From Squalus acanthias (Eukaryota): a DNA stretch of 64,000 bases. Under the pieces are notes generated by a model. It was not told the DNA's origin. It was given only the letters and a program-made list of their open reading frames with translations, and did no database searches. A program made the translations under genes and the position numbers. The number at the start of each line of letters is the position of its first letter. Position 1 is the stretch's first letter. Where the stretch lies: contig CM059432.1 in NCBI GenBank assembly GCA_030390025.1, forward strand, positions 151,158,001 to 151,222,000, given 5' to 3'. Below are positions 36,722 to 47,747 of this stretch, piece after piece.

Positions 36722-39700
36722 GGCAGAAGTCCTGCCCCACCTGACCACATCCAACGGGAGGAAAACCAGTTCCACATCTCAGAGCAACAACACACCCATT
36801 CCATCCTCTCCACCGCGCCCCCCCCCCCCCCCCCAAATGGCAGAAGATACACTAGAAAGTGGGTAGGACTGGCCACCTACCACAGTATTGGATATGATGG
36901 CTCTAGCTGCAGCGCAAGGAGTTAGACAACCACCTCAAACCCTAATGGCTCCTACTGACACTCAATAACCAGCCACCTCACTTACTCCTGCCATTGGGGA
37001 AGCCCTAGAAGGAATGCTAGGTTAGAATTGTGTAGACACATATCATGCACTGCCACCAAGGTAAAGCGCTGGGATGAAGCACACTCGGCACATACATTTA
37101 TCACTTTTAAATTATTAAATTTTTTACTCCAATTTTGATTCTTCTGATAGTGGCAGCAGATCCAAAGATAGGCATCCATGGTCATTGAATTAGTGCAAAG
37201 GAGAATGTCAGTGATGGCGTATTGGGCCATTGCATCATGTGCATGTCTATTACTGCTCTCAGTAAAGGTCCCACCTTGGACAGACTAGTGCTGCATGTAA
37301 AGGTGTTTTGAGGCATATCTTCCAGGATATTATCAGTGTCCTGCTATGCCTTGGTTACAGGTGGGCCTCCTTCTCCACCTGGCCAATGATTAGGCTCCTC
37401 TGGAGATTAACGTCATGTTGCGTGTCGCAGAAAATGATGATCTTGAAGACCTTGGCAGATATTTAATGATATGCTCCACGATCTGTCCAGGGCTCAGAAG
37501 CACTGCTTCAAGGTGCCCGTATTGAGCTCAGTATTGAGCGCAGTTGCATGCGCCTCATCTTATCTGTTTGTTAAAAGGATGTTATGAGCCAGAGCTGAGG
37601 AGAGTGATTCATACTGGCAAGCTGCAGAGCTGTAGCTGCTCAAACTTGGGCTCCTTATACTTTGGTTCTGCCAAACTGCACCATCTGGACATAGGAAAGT
37701 GGGCTGTGACTCAAGTGGGGAAGAGCGTGCTCTCTGTATTGGGTAAAGAGAAACTCTACAGCTGTAGGTTCCTCAGTAACTTAGTCCAGAAATCTAGATA
37801 CTAGGCCCACCAAAAAAAATGGATCTATCTGAAGTTCAAGCTGTGAGAGAGTCTAAATGATGGTTTGTTACAAATTTGCGTTAAAAGCAAACAAATTACT
37901 GCCAAACATCCCTCTTGGTGTACAGTGTTGGTTTTCATTTCTCAAATCCTGAGACCTCTAGCCGACCAAAATGCTGCGACACCAATTAGTGAATTTCCCA
38001 GCTTAACACCTCATTTGCACAAGTACTTTGGGATGATATTTTCCAGTTTAAAGTTTCAGCCTGAATCAGGATTTCACCTCTGCTTGATCAATAATAAACA
38101 GATCGGCCTTCCTACAGGGAATGCAATCATTCACATTTTACGACTCTTGTACTTTAATAAATGTCACTGCCATATAAGAACATAAAAACATAAGAATTAG
38201 GAGCAGGAGTCGGCCATTCGGCCCTTGGAGCTTGCTCCGCCATTCAATAAGATCATGGCTGATCTTCTACCTCATCTCCACCTTCCCGCACTATTCCCAT
38301 ATCCCTTGATTTCCTTACTATCCAAAAATCTAGCGATCTCTGTCTTGAATATACTCCTTCCTCAGGTGAAGTAAATTGGATACAGAATCGCCAGAGCATA
38401 TATAGATGGAAAACAAAGCATGTGTACTTTACAATTGCAGACCAATAAATTAAATCATCCTGACTATCTGCCGAGGTGTGATAAAGTTAATTAAGTCAGC
38501 CAGGAAGGTACCACATCAAAAGACATAGCAAGATACAACTGAGACAATGAGGTGTAGTCGCAGGGGTTCTAACGTGTCAAAAGCTGCCGTCTGTATGTAA
38601 AACGAAAAGCTTTAAAAAAATTTACTTTTTTACTGGGAAAATTTTTACTTTTTTACTGGGAATCACATCTCTGAACAAGCTAACGACGACTCGAGTCCGG
38701 ATCACGTCATGTATCGTGACATAAACCCAAGATCCCGATTGAGACCGTCTTCATGAGTGCGGAACTTGGCTATCAGTTTCTGCTCGATGATTTTGCGTTG
38801 TCGTGTGCTTCTAAGGTTGCCTTGGAGAACGCTTACCCGCAGATCCGAGGCTGAATGTCCTTGACTGCTGAAGTGTTCCCCGACTGGGAGGTAACAATCC
38901 TGCCTGGCGATTGTTGCGCGGTGCTCGTTCATACGTTGTCTCAGTGTCTGCATGGTCTCGCCGATGTACCATGCCGCGGTGCATTCTTTCCTGCAACGTA
39001 TGAGGTAGACAACGTTGGCCGAGTCACATGAGTATGTACCATGTACCTGGTGGGTAGTGTCCTCACGTGTGATGGTGGTATCTGTGTTGATGATCTGGCA
39101 TGTCTTGCAGAGTTTGCCATGGCAGGGTTGTGTGGTGTCGTGGTCGCTGTTATCCTGAAAGCTGGGTAATTTGCTGCGAACGATGGTACTTCTGAGGTTA
39201 GGCGGCTGTTTGAAGGCAAGTAGTGGAGGCGTGGGGATGGCCTTAGCGAGGTGTTTGTCGTCATCGATGACATGTTGAAGGCTGCGAAGAACATGGCGTA
39301 GTTTCTCCACTCCGGGGAAGTACTGGACGACGTAGGGTACCCTGTTGGTTGTGTCCCGTGTTTGCCTTCTGAGGAGGTCTATGCGATTTTTCGCTGTGGC
39401 CCGTCGGAACTGTCGATCGATGAGTCGAGCGTCATATCCCGTTCTTACGAGGGCGTTTTTCAGCGTCCGTAGGTGTCCATCGCGTTCCTCCTCGTAGGAC
39501 TTGTATAGACTTGTATTCTATGCCACGGCTAATAAAGGCAAGCATTTCGTATGCCTTCTTAACCACCTTATCTACCTGGCCTGCTACCTTCAGGGATCTG
39601 TGGACATGCACTCCAAGGACCCTTTGTTCCTCTACACTACTCAGTGTCCTACCATTTAATGTGTATTCCCTTGCCTTGTTAGCCCTCCCCAAATGCATTA

Positions 39701-40759
39701 CCTCACACTTCTCCGGATTGAATTCCATTTGCCACTGTTCTGCCCACCTGACCAGTTAATTGATATCTTCCTGCAGTCTACAGCTTTCTTCTTCATTATC
39801 AACCACACAGCCGATTTTAGTATCATCTGCAAACTTCTTTATCATACCCCCTACATTCAAGTCTAAATCATTGATATATACCACAAAAAGCAAGGGACCC
39901 AGTACTGAGCCCTGCGGAACCCCACTGGAAACAACCTTCTAGTCACAAAAACACCCATCAACCATTACCCTTTGTTTCCTGCCTCTGAGCCAATTTTGGA
40001 TCCAACCTGCCACTTTGTCCTGGATCCTATGGGCTATTACTTTCGTGACCAACCTGCCATGTGGGACCTTATCAAAAGCCTTGCTAAAATCCATATACAT
40101 TACATCAAACATACTACCCTCATCGACCCTCCTTGTTACCTCCTCAAAAAATTCAATCAAGTTAGTCAGACACGACTTTCCCTTAACAAATCCGTGCTGA
40201 CTGTCCTTGATTAATCCGTGTCTTTCTAAATGAAGATTTATCCTGTCCCTCAGAATTTTTTCCAATAATTTTCCCACCACCAAGGTTAGGCTGACTGGCC
40301 TGTAATTACTCGCTCTATCCCTTTCTCCCTTTTTAAACAAAGTTGCAATGTTAGCAGTCCTCTGGCACCTCACCTGTAGCCAGAGAGGATTGGAGAATGA
40401 TGGTCAGAGCCTCTGCTATTTCCTCTTTTGCTTCTTTGAACAGCGTGGGATACATTTCATCCGGGCCTGGGGATTTATCCACTTTCAAAGCTGCTAAGCC
40501 ACTTAATACTTCCTCTCTCACTATGTTTATTTCATCTAATATTTCACACTCCTCCTCCCTAATTGCAGTATCTGCATCGGCCCTCTCTTTTATGAAAACA
40601 GACGCAAAGTATTCATTAAGAACCATACCCATGTCTCCCGCCTCCACACACAGATTACCTTTTTGGTCTCTAATAGGCCCTATTCATTCTTTAGTTATCC
40701 TCTTGCTCTTAATGTATTTATAAAACATCAACAGGTTCCATCCCACCATCAAACTCACC

Positions 40760-41746
40760 ATGGACTACTCCTCAGAATCGGTCTCATTCCTGGACACACG
40801 AATCTCCATCAAAGACGGACACCTCAGCACTTCACTCTACCGCAAGCCCACGGACAACCTCACGATGCTCCACTTCTCCAGCTTCCACCCTAACCATGTT
40901 AAAGAAGCCATCCCCTATGGACAAGCCCTGCGAATACACAGGATCTGCTCAGACGAGGAGGAACGCGATGGACACCTACGGACGCTGAAAAACGCCCTCG
41001 TAAGAACGGGATATGACGCTCGACTCATCGATCGACAGTTCCGACGGGCCACAGCGAAAAATCGCATAGACCTCCTCAGAAGGCAAACACGGGACACAAC
41101 CAACAGGGTACCCTACGTCGTCCAGTACTTCCCCGGAGTGGAGAAACTACGACATGTTCTTCGCAGCCTTCAACATGTCATCGATGACGACAAACACCTC
41201 GCTAAGGCCATCCCCACGCCTCCACTACTTGCCTTCAAACAGCCGCCTAACCTCAGAAGTACCATCGTTCGCAGCAAATTACCCAGCTTTCAGGATAACA
41301 GCGACCACGACACCACACAACCCTGCCATGGCAAACTCTGCAAGACATGCCAGATCATCAACACAGATACCACCATCACACGTGAGGACACTACCCACCA
41401 GGTACATGGTACATACTCATGTGACTCGGCCAACGTTGTCTACCTCATACGTTGCAGGAAAGAATGCACCGCGGCATGGTACATCGGCGAGACCATGCAG
41501 ACACTGAGACAACGTATGAACGAGCACCGCGCAACAATCGCCAGGCAGGATTGTTACCTCCCAGTCGGGGAACACTTCAGCAGTCAAGGACATTCAGCCT
41601 CGGATCTGCGGGTAAGCGTTCTCCAAGGCAACCTTAGAAACACACGACAACGCAAAATCATCGAGCAGAAACTGATAGCCAAGTTCCGCACTCATGAAGA
41701 CGGTCTCAATCGGGATCTTGGGTTTATGTCACGATACATGACGTGA
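40760..41746 (+). CDS. 5'-truncated Penelope-like ORF: RT C-terminus/thumb plus GIY-YIG endonuclease
   Basis: VSFLD...TSLYRKPTD...S.HP..VK..IPYGQALRIHRICS, the C..C..C linker, NVVYLIRC..C...YIGET and GLN*. No internal stops. Confidence 0.9.
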   Translation: MDYSSESVSFLDTRISIKDGHLSTSLYRKPTDNLTMLHFSSFHPNHVKEAIPYGQALRIHRICSDEEERDGHLRTLKNALVRTGYDARLIDRQFRRATAKNRIDLLRRQTRDTTNRVPYVVQYFPGVEKLRHVLRSLQHVIDDDKHLAKAIPTPPLLAFKQPPNLRSTIVRSKLPSFQDNSDHDTTQPCHGKLCKTCQIINTDTTITREDTTHQVHGTYSCDSANVVYLIRCRKECTAAWYIGETMQTLRQRMNEHRATIARQDCYLPVGEHFSSQGHSASDLRVSVLQGNLRNTRQRKIIEQKLIAKFRTHEDGLNRDLGFMSRYMT

Positions 41747-42078
41747 TCCGGACTCGAGTCGTCGTTAGCTTGTTCAGAGATGTGATTCCCAGTAAAAAAG
41801 TAAAAATTTTCCCAGTAAAAAAGTAAATTTTTTTAAAGCTTTTCGTTTTACATACAGACGGCAGCTTTTGACACGTTAGAACCCCTGCGACTACACCTCA
41901 TTGTCTCAGTTGTATCTTGCTATGTCTTTTGATGTGGTACCTTCCTGGCTGACTTAATTAACTTTATCACACCTCGGCAGATAGTCAGGATGATTTAATT
42001 TATTGGTCTGCAATTGTAAAGTACACATGCTTTGTTTTCCATCTATATATGCTCTGGCGATTCTGTATCCAATTTACT

Positions 42079-42116
42079 TCACCTGAGGAAGGAGCGATAG
42101 CTCCGAAAGCTTGTGA
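42079..42116 (+). ncRNA. Minimal type I hammerhead ribozyme (PLE pseudo-LTR), intact core
   Basis: UCAC-CUGAGGA-A-GGAGC-GAUA-GCUCC-GAAA-GCUU-GUGA: helix I UCAC/GUGA, helix II GGAGC/GCUCC, palindromic AAGCUU. Confidence 0.8.
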
Positions 42117-42414
42117 TTTCAAATAAAACTGTTGGACTATAACCTGGTGTTGTGCGACCTCTCAATTTTGTCCACCCCAGTCCAACACCGGCATCTCCGC
42201 ATCTTGAATATACTCAACAACTAAGCATCCACAGCTCTCTCGGGTAAAGAATTCCAAAGATTCACCACCCTTTGAGTGAAGAAATTTCTCCTCATCTCAG
42301 TCCTAAATGGCCGACCCCTTATTCTGAGACTGTGACCCCTGGTTCTAGACTCCCCAGCCAGGGGAAACATCCTCCCTGCATCTACCCTGTCAAGCCCTGT
42401 AAGAATTTTATTTA

Positions 42415-43306
42415 GAGAGAAAAATTTGGTTGCTTTGCGCCTCCCGTTAGCGCCCTAAGAGGGCGCTAATGGGGCGCAAAGCAACTAGCTCCTGGGCGCG
42501 GCAATGTTTGCGCTGCTCGCGAAATTGACCAGACATTTTGCGGCAGCGCTAAACACGACTGCCACGATCTCCTGCGCCCGCAGATCGTGACGTCAGTCAA
42601 GTGTGCAACACCCCGGTAGCACCCCGGACCGGATATTGAGTGGCGCCCCCTGCCTTTCCGCCTGCCGCTAGCAACGACAGGTTGAGGGGAACGTTTTGCA
42701 GTCGGGAAGGGACTGGGGGAGCGCTATTTAAATGCGACCGCTTCCTGCCTTTTTTTGTCAGCGACATTTTTGCACCACGCATTCTGAGAGAGAGAGAGAG
42801 ACTTCTGGAGAGATTCAACGCTGTGTGAAGGAGTTTTGGGTACTGAGCAGCACTTTGCAGATTCATTTTGATTTGACCTTTCTTGCATCGATTTAGAAGA
42901 GACTGTGGGGGCTGCACTCTGAGCTCGTTCCCTGGGCCTCTCCATTATTCTTTCCAGCAGATTTGATGTACAGGTCTCTCCAGGTCGAGATTCAAGCCTG
43001 CAATGAGCAGGGTGTGGATGGAGAGCAAGATTGACCCTCCCCTTTAAGAACTGGCTGGCGTCAGTGTGTCTGTGTTCCATTGCTGACTGACATCACATGA
43101 GCTTCGCCAGCGCTCTGAGGTAGCGCCTCGCTCCTCGGCGTTAGCGCCTTAAGACAGATGTGTAGTGCCTGATTTAGGGCTCCAATCACCTCCAGGGGTG
43201 ATAGAAGCCAAGTTTGCAGTCGGTGGCGATAATTAACACCAGGCGCTAAACTTTATGCCCGGTCGATAATTGCGCCCCAAACGGGGCAATACCGAATTTC
43301 TCCCAC
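42415..43306 (-). mobile_element. PIF/Harbinger MITE family A, full length, inverted
   Basis: Degenerate TIRs GAGAGAAAAATTTGGT / ACCGAATTTCTCCCAC. Colinear with 58663-59554 on the opposite strand. Confidence 0.85.
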
Positions 43307-43365
43307 TATATTTCAATGAGATCACCTCTCATTCTTCTAAATTCTAGGGAATATAGGCCAAGTCT

Positions 43366-44474
43366 TCACTCTCCTCTCCTTCATCTTGGTCAACCACTGG
43401 CTGGACAGGCTGCATTTCTTGGGTGTGTGAAATGAGGAAGGCAGAAGGTTGGAGTTGTGGTGATGGGAGGGCGGGAAAGCAAGAGGTGCAAGCGAGAAGG
43501 AGGATAACACATGAGGATACCAGCATCTTGTATCCTTTCAACATCGCCGCAGGCCAAGGACTCAGCCATGCCCCTTGCCAAGAATGGCCATCACCGTCTC
43601 CTCCAAAGGGTGAGGTGAAGCTAGGAATGGGAGGTGTGCCTCGTGATTGGTACCGATTTTTGGTAGGTGAGTGATTGGTGGGGGGAGACTTACAATGAGC
43701 AGTGTCTGAGGCTAGTGGTGAGTTGGTAGGAGACGGCTTTTGAAGATGCATTCACTGATTTTGACCACTGGTGTGAAGTCATGAAGCTTCTCTGGGCACT
43801 GGAGCCAGGGGGTGGGGGCGACATTGCTGGCAGTGACGGCCTCGGTGATCTGGTCCCACATCGATCTTTCTGAAGGCCCTCATGGCCCCCGTGCGTAGAG
43901 GACCTCTCTTGCAGTGTTGACCCTCTGCAAACATCTGAAGTGCTGTGTGCGAGTCCCTGGGTGCCCCTTCCCTGGCTTGCTGAGCCATTTGTGTTCGTGC
44001 TGAAGCACTTTTCCCATTTTTTTAGGTGCGGAAGGGAATTCAGCTTTAAGAGCTGAAGACTCCCATTTTGGATTTTCTTTTTAATGTTAATTTTTTTCCG
44101 AAGGCAGTTGAGCTGTAAGGGCTAAAAACTGCATATTTTTACATCACTCTTATTTTTTCCATTTCAGAAGGCATTGCCCTTTTAAGGAAACAACAATGCA
44201 TTGTCTTTTAAGATCCCACAATGCTTTGCAAAATGACAGCCTTGCTTTCAGAGGCTGTTAAAGCAGCAATGCCATTGGCTACGTCACATTGGTGCCTAAT
44301 GCCAGGACAAATGCCACCAGGAGGGCGTTACACCGTGAGTTTAGCGCTGAGCTAATGATCATTAGTCCCCAGTGCCAATTTTTCAGCCCTGCTAGCGCTA
44401 TCATTTTCAGTGGCCATTAACCCCCAGCTGCGGTTGCATCAGCAACTTTCGTGGCGGCCCTGAATTTCTAGGCC
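43366..44474 (-). mobile_element. Harbinger family B left portion with Myb-like ORF remnant
   Basis: Terminus TGAATTTCTAGGCC. MAQQAREGAPR...WDQITEAV. Homologous to 50937-52000. Confidence 0.78.
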
Positions 44475-44674
44475 CAATATCCTTCCTTAGGTAAGGAGAG
44501 CAAAACTGTACACAGTACTCCAGGTGTGGTCCCACCATGGCCCTGTATAATTGCAGTAAGACTTCTTTACTCTTATACTCCAATTCTTTTGTAATAAAGG
44601 CTAATATACCATTTGCCTTCCTAATTGCTTGCTGTACCTGCCTGTTAACTTTCAGTGATTCGTGTACAAGGACA

Positions 44675-46000
44675 TTTAGAAAGGCACGGATTAATCAAGG
44701 ACATTCAGCATAGATTTGTTGAGGGAAGGTCGTGTCTGACTAACTTCTTTGAATTTTTTGAGGAGGTAACAAGGAGGGTCGATGAGGGTAGCACGTTTGA
44801 TGTAGTCTACATGGATTTTAGCAAGGCCTTTGACAAGGTCCCACATGGCAGACTGGTCAAAAAAGTAAAAGCCCATAGGATCCAAGGGAAAGTTGGATCC
44901 AAAATTGGCTCAGTGGCAGGAATCAAAGGGTCATGGTCAACAGGTGTTTTTGGGACTGGAAGGCTGTTTCCAGTAGGATTCCGCAGGGCTCATTACTAGG
45001 TCCCTTGCTTTTTGTGGTATATATCAATGATTTAGACTTCAATGTAGGGGGCATGCTTAAGAAGTTTGCAGATGATACAAAAATTGGGTGTGTGGTTGAT
45101 AGTGAGGAAGAAAGCTGTAGACTGCAGGAAGATATCGATACACTGGTCAGGTGAGCAGAAAAGTGGCAAATGGAATTCAATCCAGAGAAATGTGAGGTAA
45201 TGCATTTGGGGAGGGCTGACAAAGCAAGGAATACACAATAAATGGTAGGACACTGAGTAGTGTAGAGGAACAAAGGGACCTTGGAGTGCATGTCTACAGA
45301 TCCCTGAAGGTAGCAGGCCAGGTAGATAAGGTGGTTAAGAAGGCATACAGGATACTTTCCTTTATTAGCCGTGGCATAGAATATAAGAGCAGGGAGGTTA
45401 TGCTTAAACTGTATAAAACATTAGTTAGGCCACAGCTAGAGTACTGCATGCAGTTCTGGTCACCACATTTCAGGAAAGATGTGATTGCACTAGAGAGGGT
45501 ACAGAGGAGATTTACAAGGATGTTGCCAGGACTGGAGGATTTTAGCTATGAGGAAAGATTGGATAGGATGAGGCTGTTTACTTTGGAACAGGAGGCTGAG
45601 GGGAGACTTGATTGCGGTGTATAAAATTATGGGGGACCTAGATAAAGTGGATAGGAAGGACCTATTTCCCTGAGCAGAGAGGTCAGTAACCAGGGAGCAC
45701 AGATTTAATGTAATTGGTAGAAGAATTAGAGGGGAGTTGAGGAGAATTTTTTCACCCAGAGGGTGGTGGGGGTCTGGAACTCACTGCCTGAAAGGGTGGT
45801 AAAGGCAGAAACCCTCAGCACATTTAAAAAGTACTTGGTCTGCATTTGAAGTGCCGTAACCTACAGGGCTACGGACCAAGAGCTGGAAAGTGGGATTAGG
45901 CTGGATGGCTCTTTGTCAGCCGGCGCGGACAAGATGGGCCGAATGGCCTCTTTCTGTTCCGTAAATTTCTATATAAATTTCTATAATTCATGAATCTATG
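44675..46000 (+). mobile_element. CR1 LINE 3' part (RT to tail) nested in the minus-strand CR1
   Basis: MDFSKAFDKVPHG, PQGSLLGP and FADDTK. GACA is repeated at both junctions. Confidence 0.9.
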
Positions 46001-46950
46001 ACACCCAGGTCCCTCTGAATACCAACATTTCCCAATCTATCACCATTAAAAAAATACTCTGTTTTTCTATTTTTCCTACCAAAATGGATAACATCACATT
46101 TCTCCACATTATATTCTATCTGCCATGTACTTGCCCAATCACTTAGCCTGTCTATATCCATTTGCAACCTCTTTGCATCCTCCTCACAACTTACTTTCCC
46201 ACCTAACTTTGTAACGTCAGCAAACTTGGATACATTACAATCAGACCACTCATCTAAGTCATTACTATAGATTGTGAATAGCTGAAGCCCAAGCACTGAT
46301 CCTTGCGGTACCCCACTAGTTACAGCCTGCCAATCCGAAAATGACCCGTTTATTCGCACTCTCTGTTTTCTGTCCATTAACCAATCCTCAATCCATGCTG
46401 ATATATTACCCATAATCCCATGAGCCCTCATTTATGTAATAGGTGTAATAACCTGTTGTGTGGCACCTTATTGAATGCTTTCTGAAAATCCAAATATACT
46501 ACATCCACTGGTTCCCCTTTATCTACCCTGCTAGTTACAGCCTCAAAAAACTGTAACAAATTTCTCAAACACGATTTCCCTTTCATAAATCCGTGTTGAC
46601 TCTGCACAATCATATTATGATTTTCTAAGTGCCCTGTTACCACATCCCTAATAATAGATTCTAACATTCTCTACTATTGTCAGGCTAACTGGTCTGTAGT
46701 TCCCTGTTTTCTCTCTCCCTCCTTTCTTGAATAGTGGGGTTACATTTGCTACCTTCCAATCTGCGGGTACGGAATTCTGGAAGATCAAAACCAATGCATC
46801 CACTATCTCTGTAGCCATCTCTTTTAAAACCCTAAGATGTAGGCCATCAGGTCCAGGGGATTCGTCAGCTTTTAGTCCCATTAATTTCTCCAGTAATATT
46901 TCTTTACTAATATTAATTTCTTTAAGGTACTCATTCTCACTGGACACTTT

Positions 46951-47747
46951 GGCCTGGATTTTGAATCTGGGGTCAGGGTGGTGTCGTGAATCACACATTT
47001 TGGCTTGTAAACCCGCCTCCATCGAGATGTGGCCAACCCACTGTATTTTCCCTTGATTGACCTTGTTGAGCCCGCCCAGTGGGCTCAGCAGGCCAATTAA
47101 GGGCCACCCGGCAATAGGTGACGTCACAGATTGACATTTCAAAAGCTTTTGACAGATGAAATATCAGTGTTTGACAGCTCTGTGAAGCTGTCAAACACTG
47201 ACAATATGATTTCTAACTTCAGTCCTTCCTCTCAGGCTGAGTTAGAAATCATTCCACCACAGAAAACAGAAGGCTGCAGTTTTTGACAGAACCACGGCTT
47301 TCCTGCTTTCTGTGCCGGTGAGATTTCTAACTCCCGAGAACTGAAGGGCTGACACCTTTACCCACACTTTACACTTACCTTACACACTTACCTCTGCACA
47401 CATGCACCCATCACTCACCTGCCCACCGGACATATCGACCCCTCCAACCCCTGCAGACCCACGGTCCGCCCCAATTACTTGGCATGGTTGCCACCTGTCG
47501 GGAAGCCCACATTTCTCCTTTTAAAATAGGGATTATGCAAAAAACTGCCTGTTAACTACCTGTTAACAGGCAGTTAATTGTCACTAATCCCTTCCCGCCT
47601 CGGGGAGTCGGGTCTCAGCACAGGTCGGGTACCCGCCGCCAGCGAAACTGGCATGGAGGCGGGATGGGGTCGGGACCCCCGAATCTGCAACTTTAACCCC
47701 CCACACGCCTCCAAACCCGACTCCACGGGTCATTGAAAATCCAGCCC
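46951..47747. mobile_element. PIF/Harbinger MITE family C
   Basis: TIRs GGCCTGGATTTT / AAAATCCAGCCC with 3-bp TSD TTT. The flanking CR1 rejoins on removal. Confidence 0.85.

Larger units (their letters stand above)
38357..42201 (+). mobile_element. Composite Penelope-like insertion: inverted arm, captured CR1 flank, sense arm ('locus 2')
   Basis: 14-bp TSD TCTTGAATATACTC (38343-38356, 42202-42215). Inverted arms 38354-39495 and 40953-42094. Segment 39496-40729 duplicates 20465-21694. Confidence 0.9.

Noticed and set aside
36982..37230. Minus-strand ORF with AITDILLCT...MDAYLWIC, reminiscent of olfactory receptor TM2/TM3
   Set aside because: Motif spacing is far too short, there is no DRY motif, and no other transmembrane segments.
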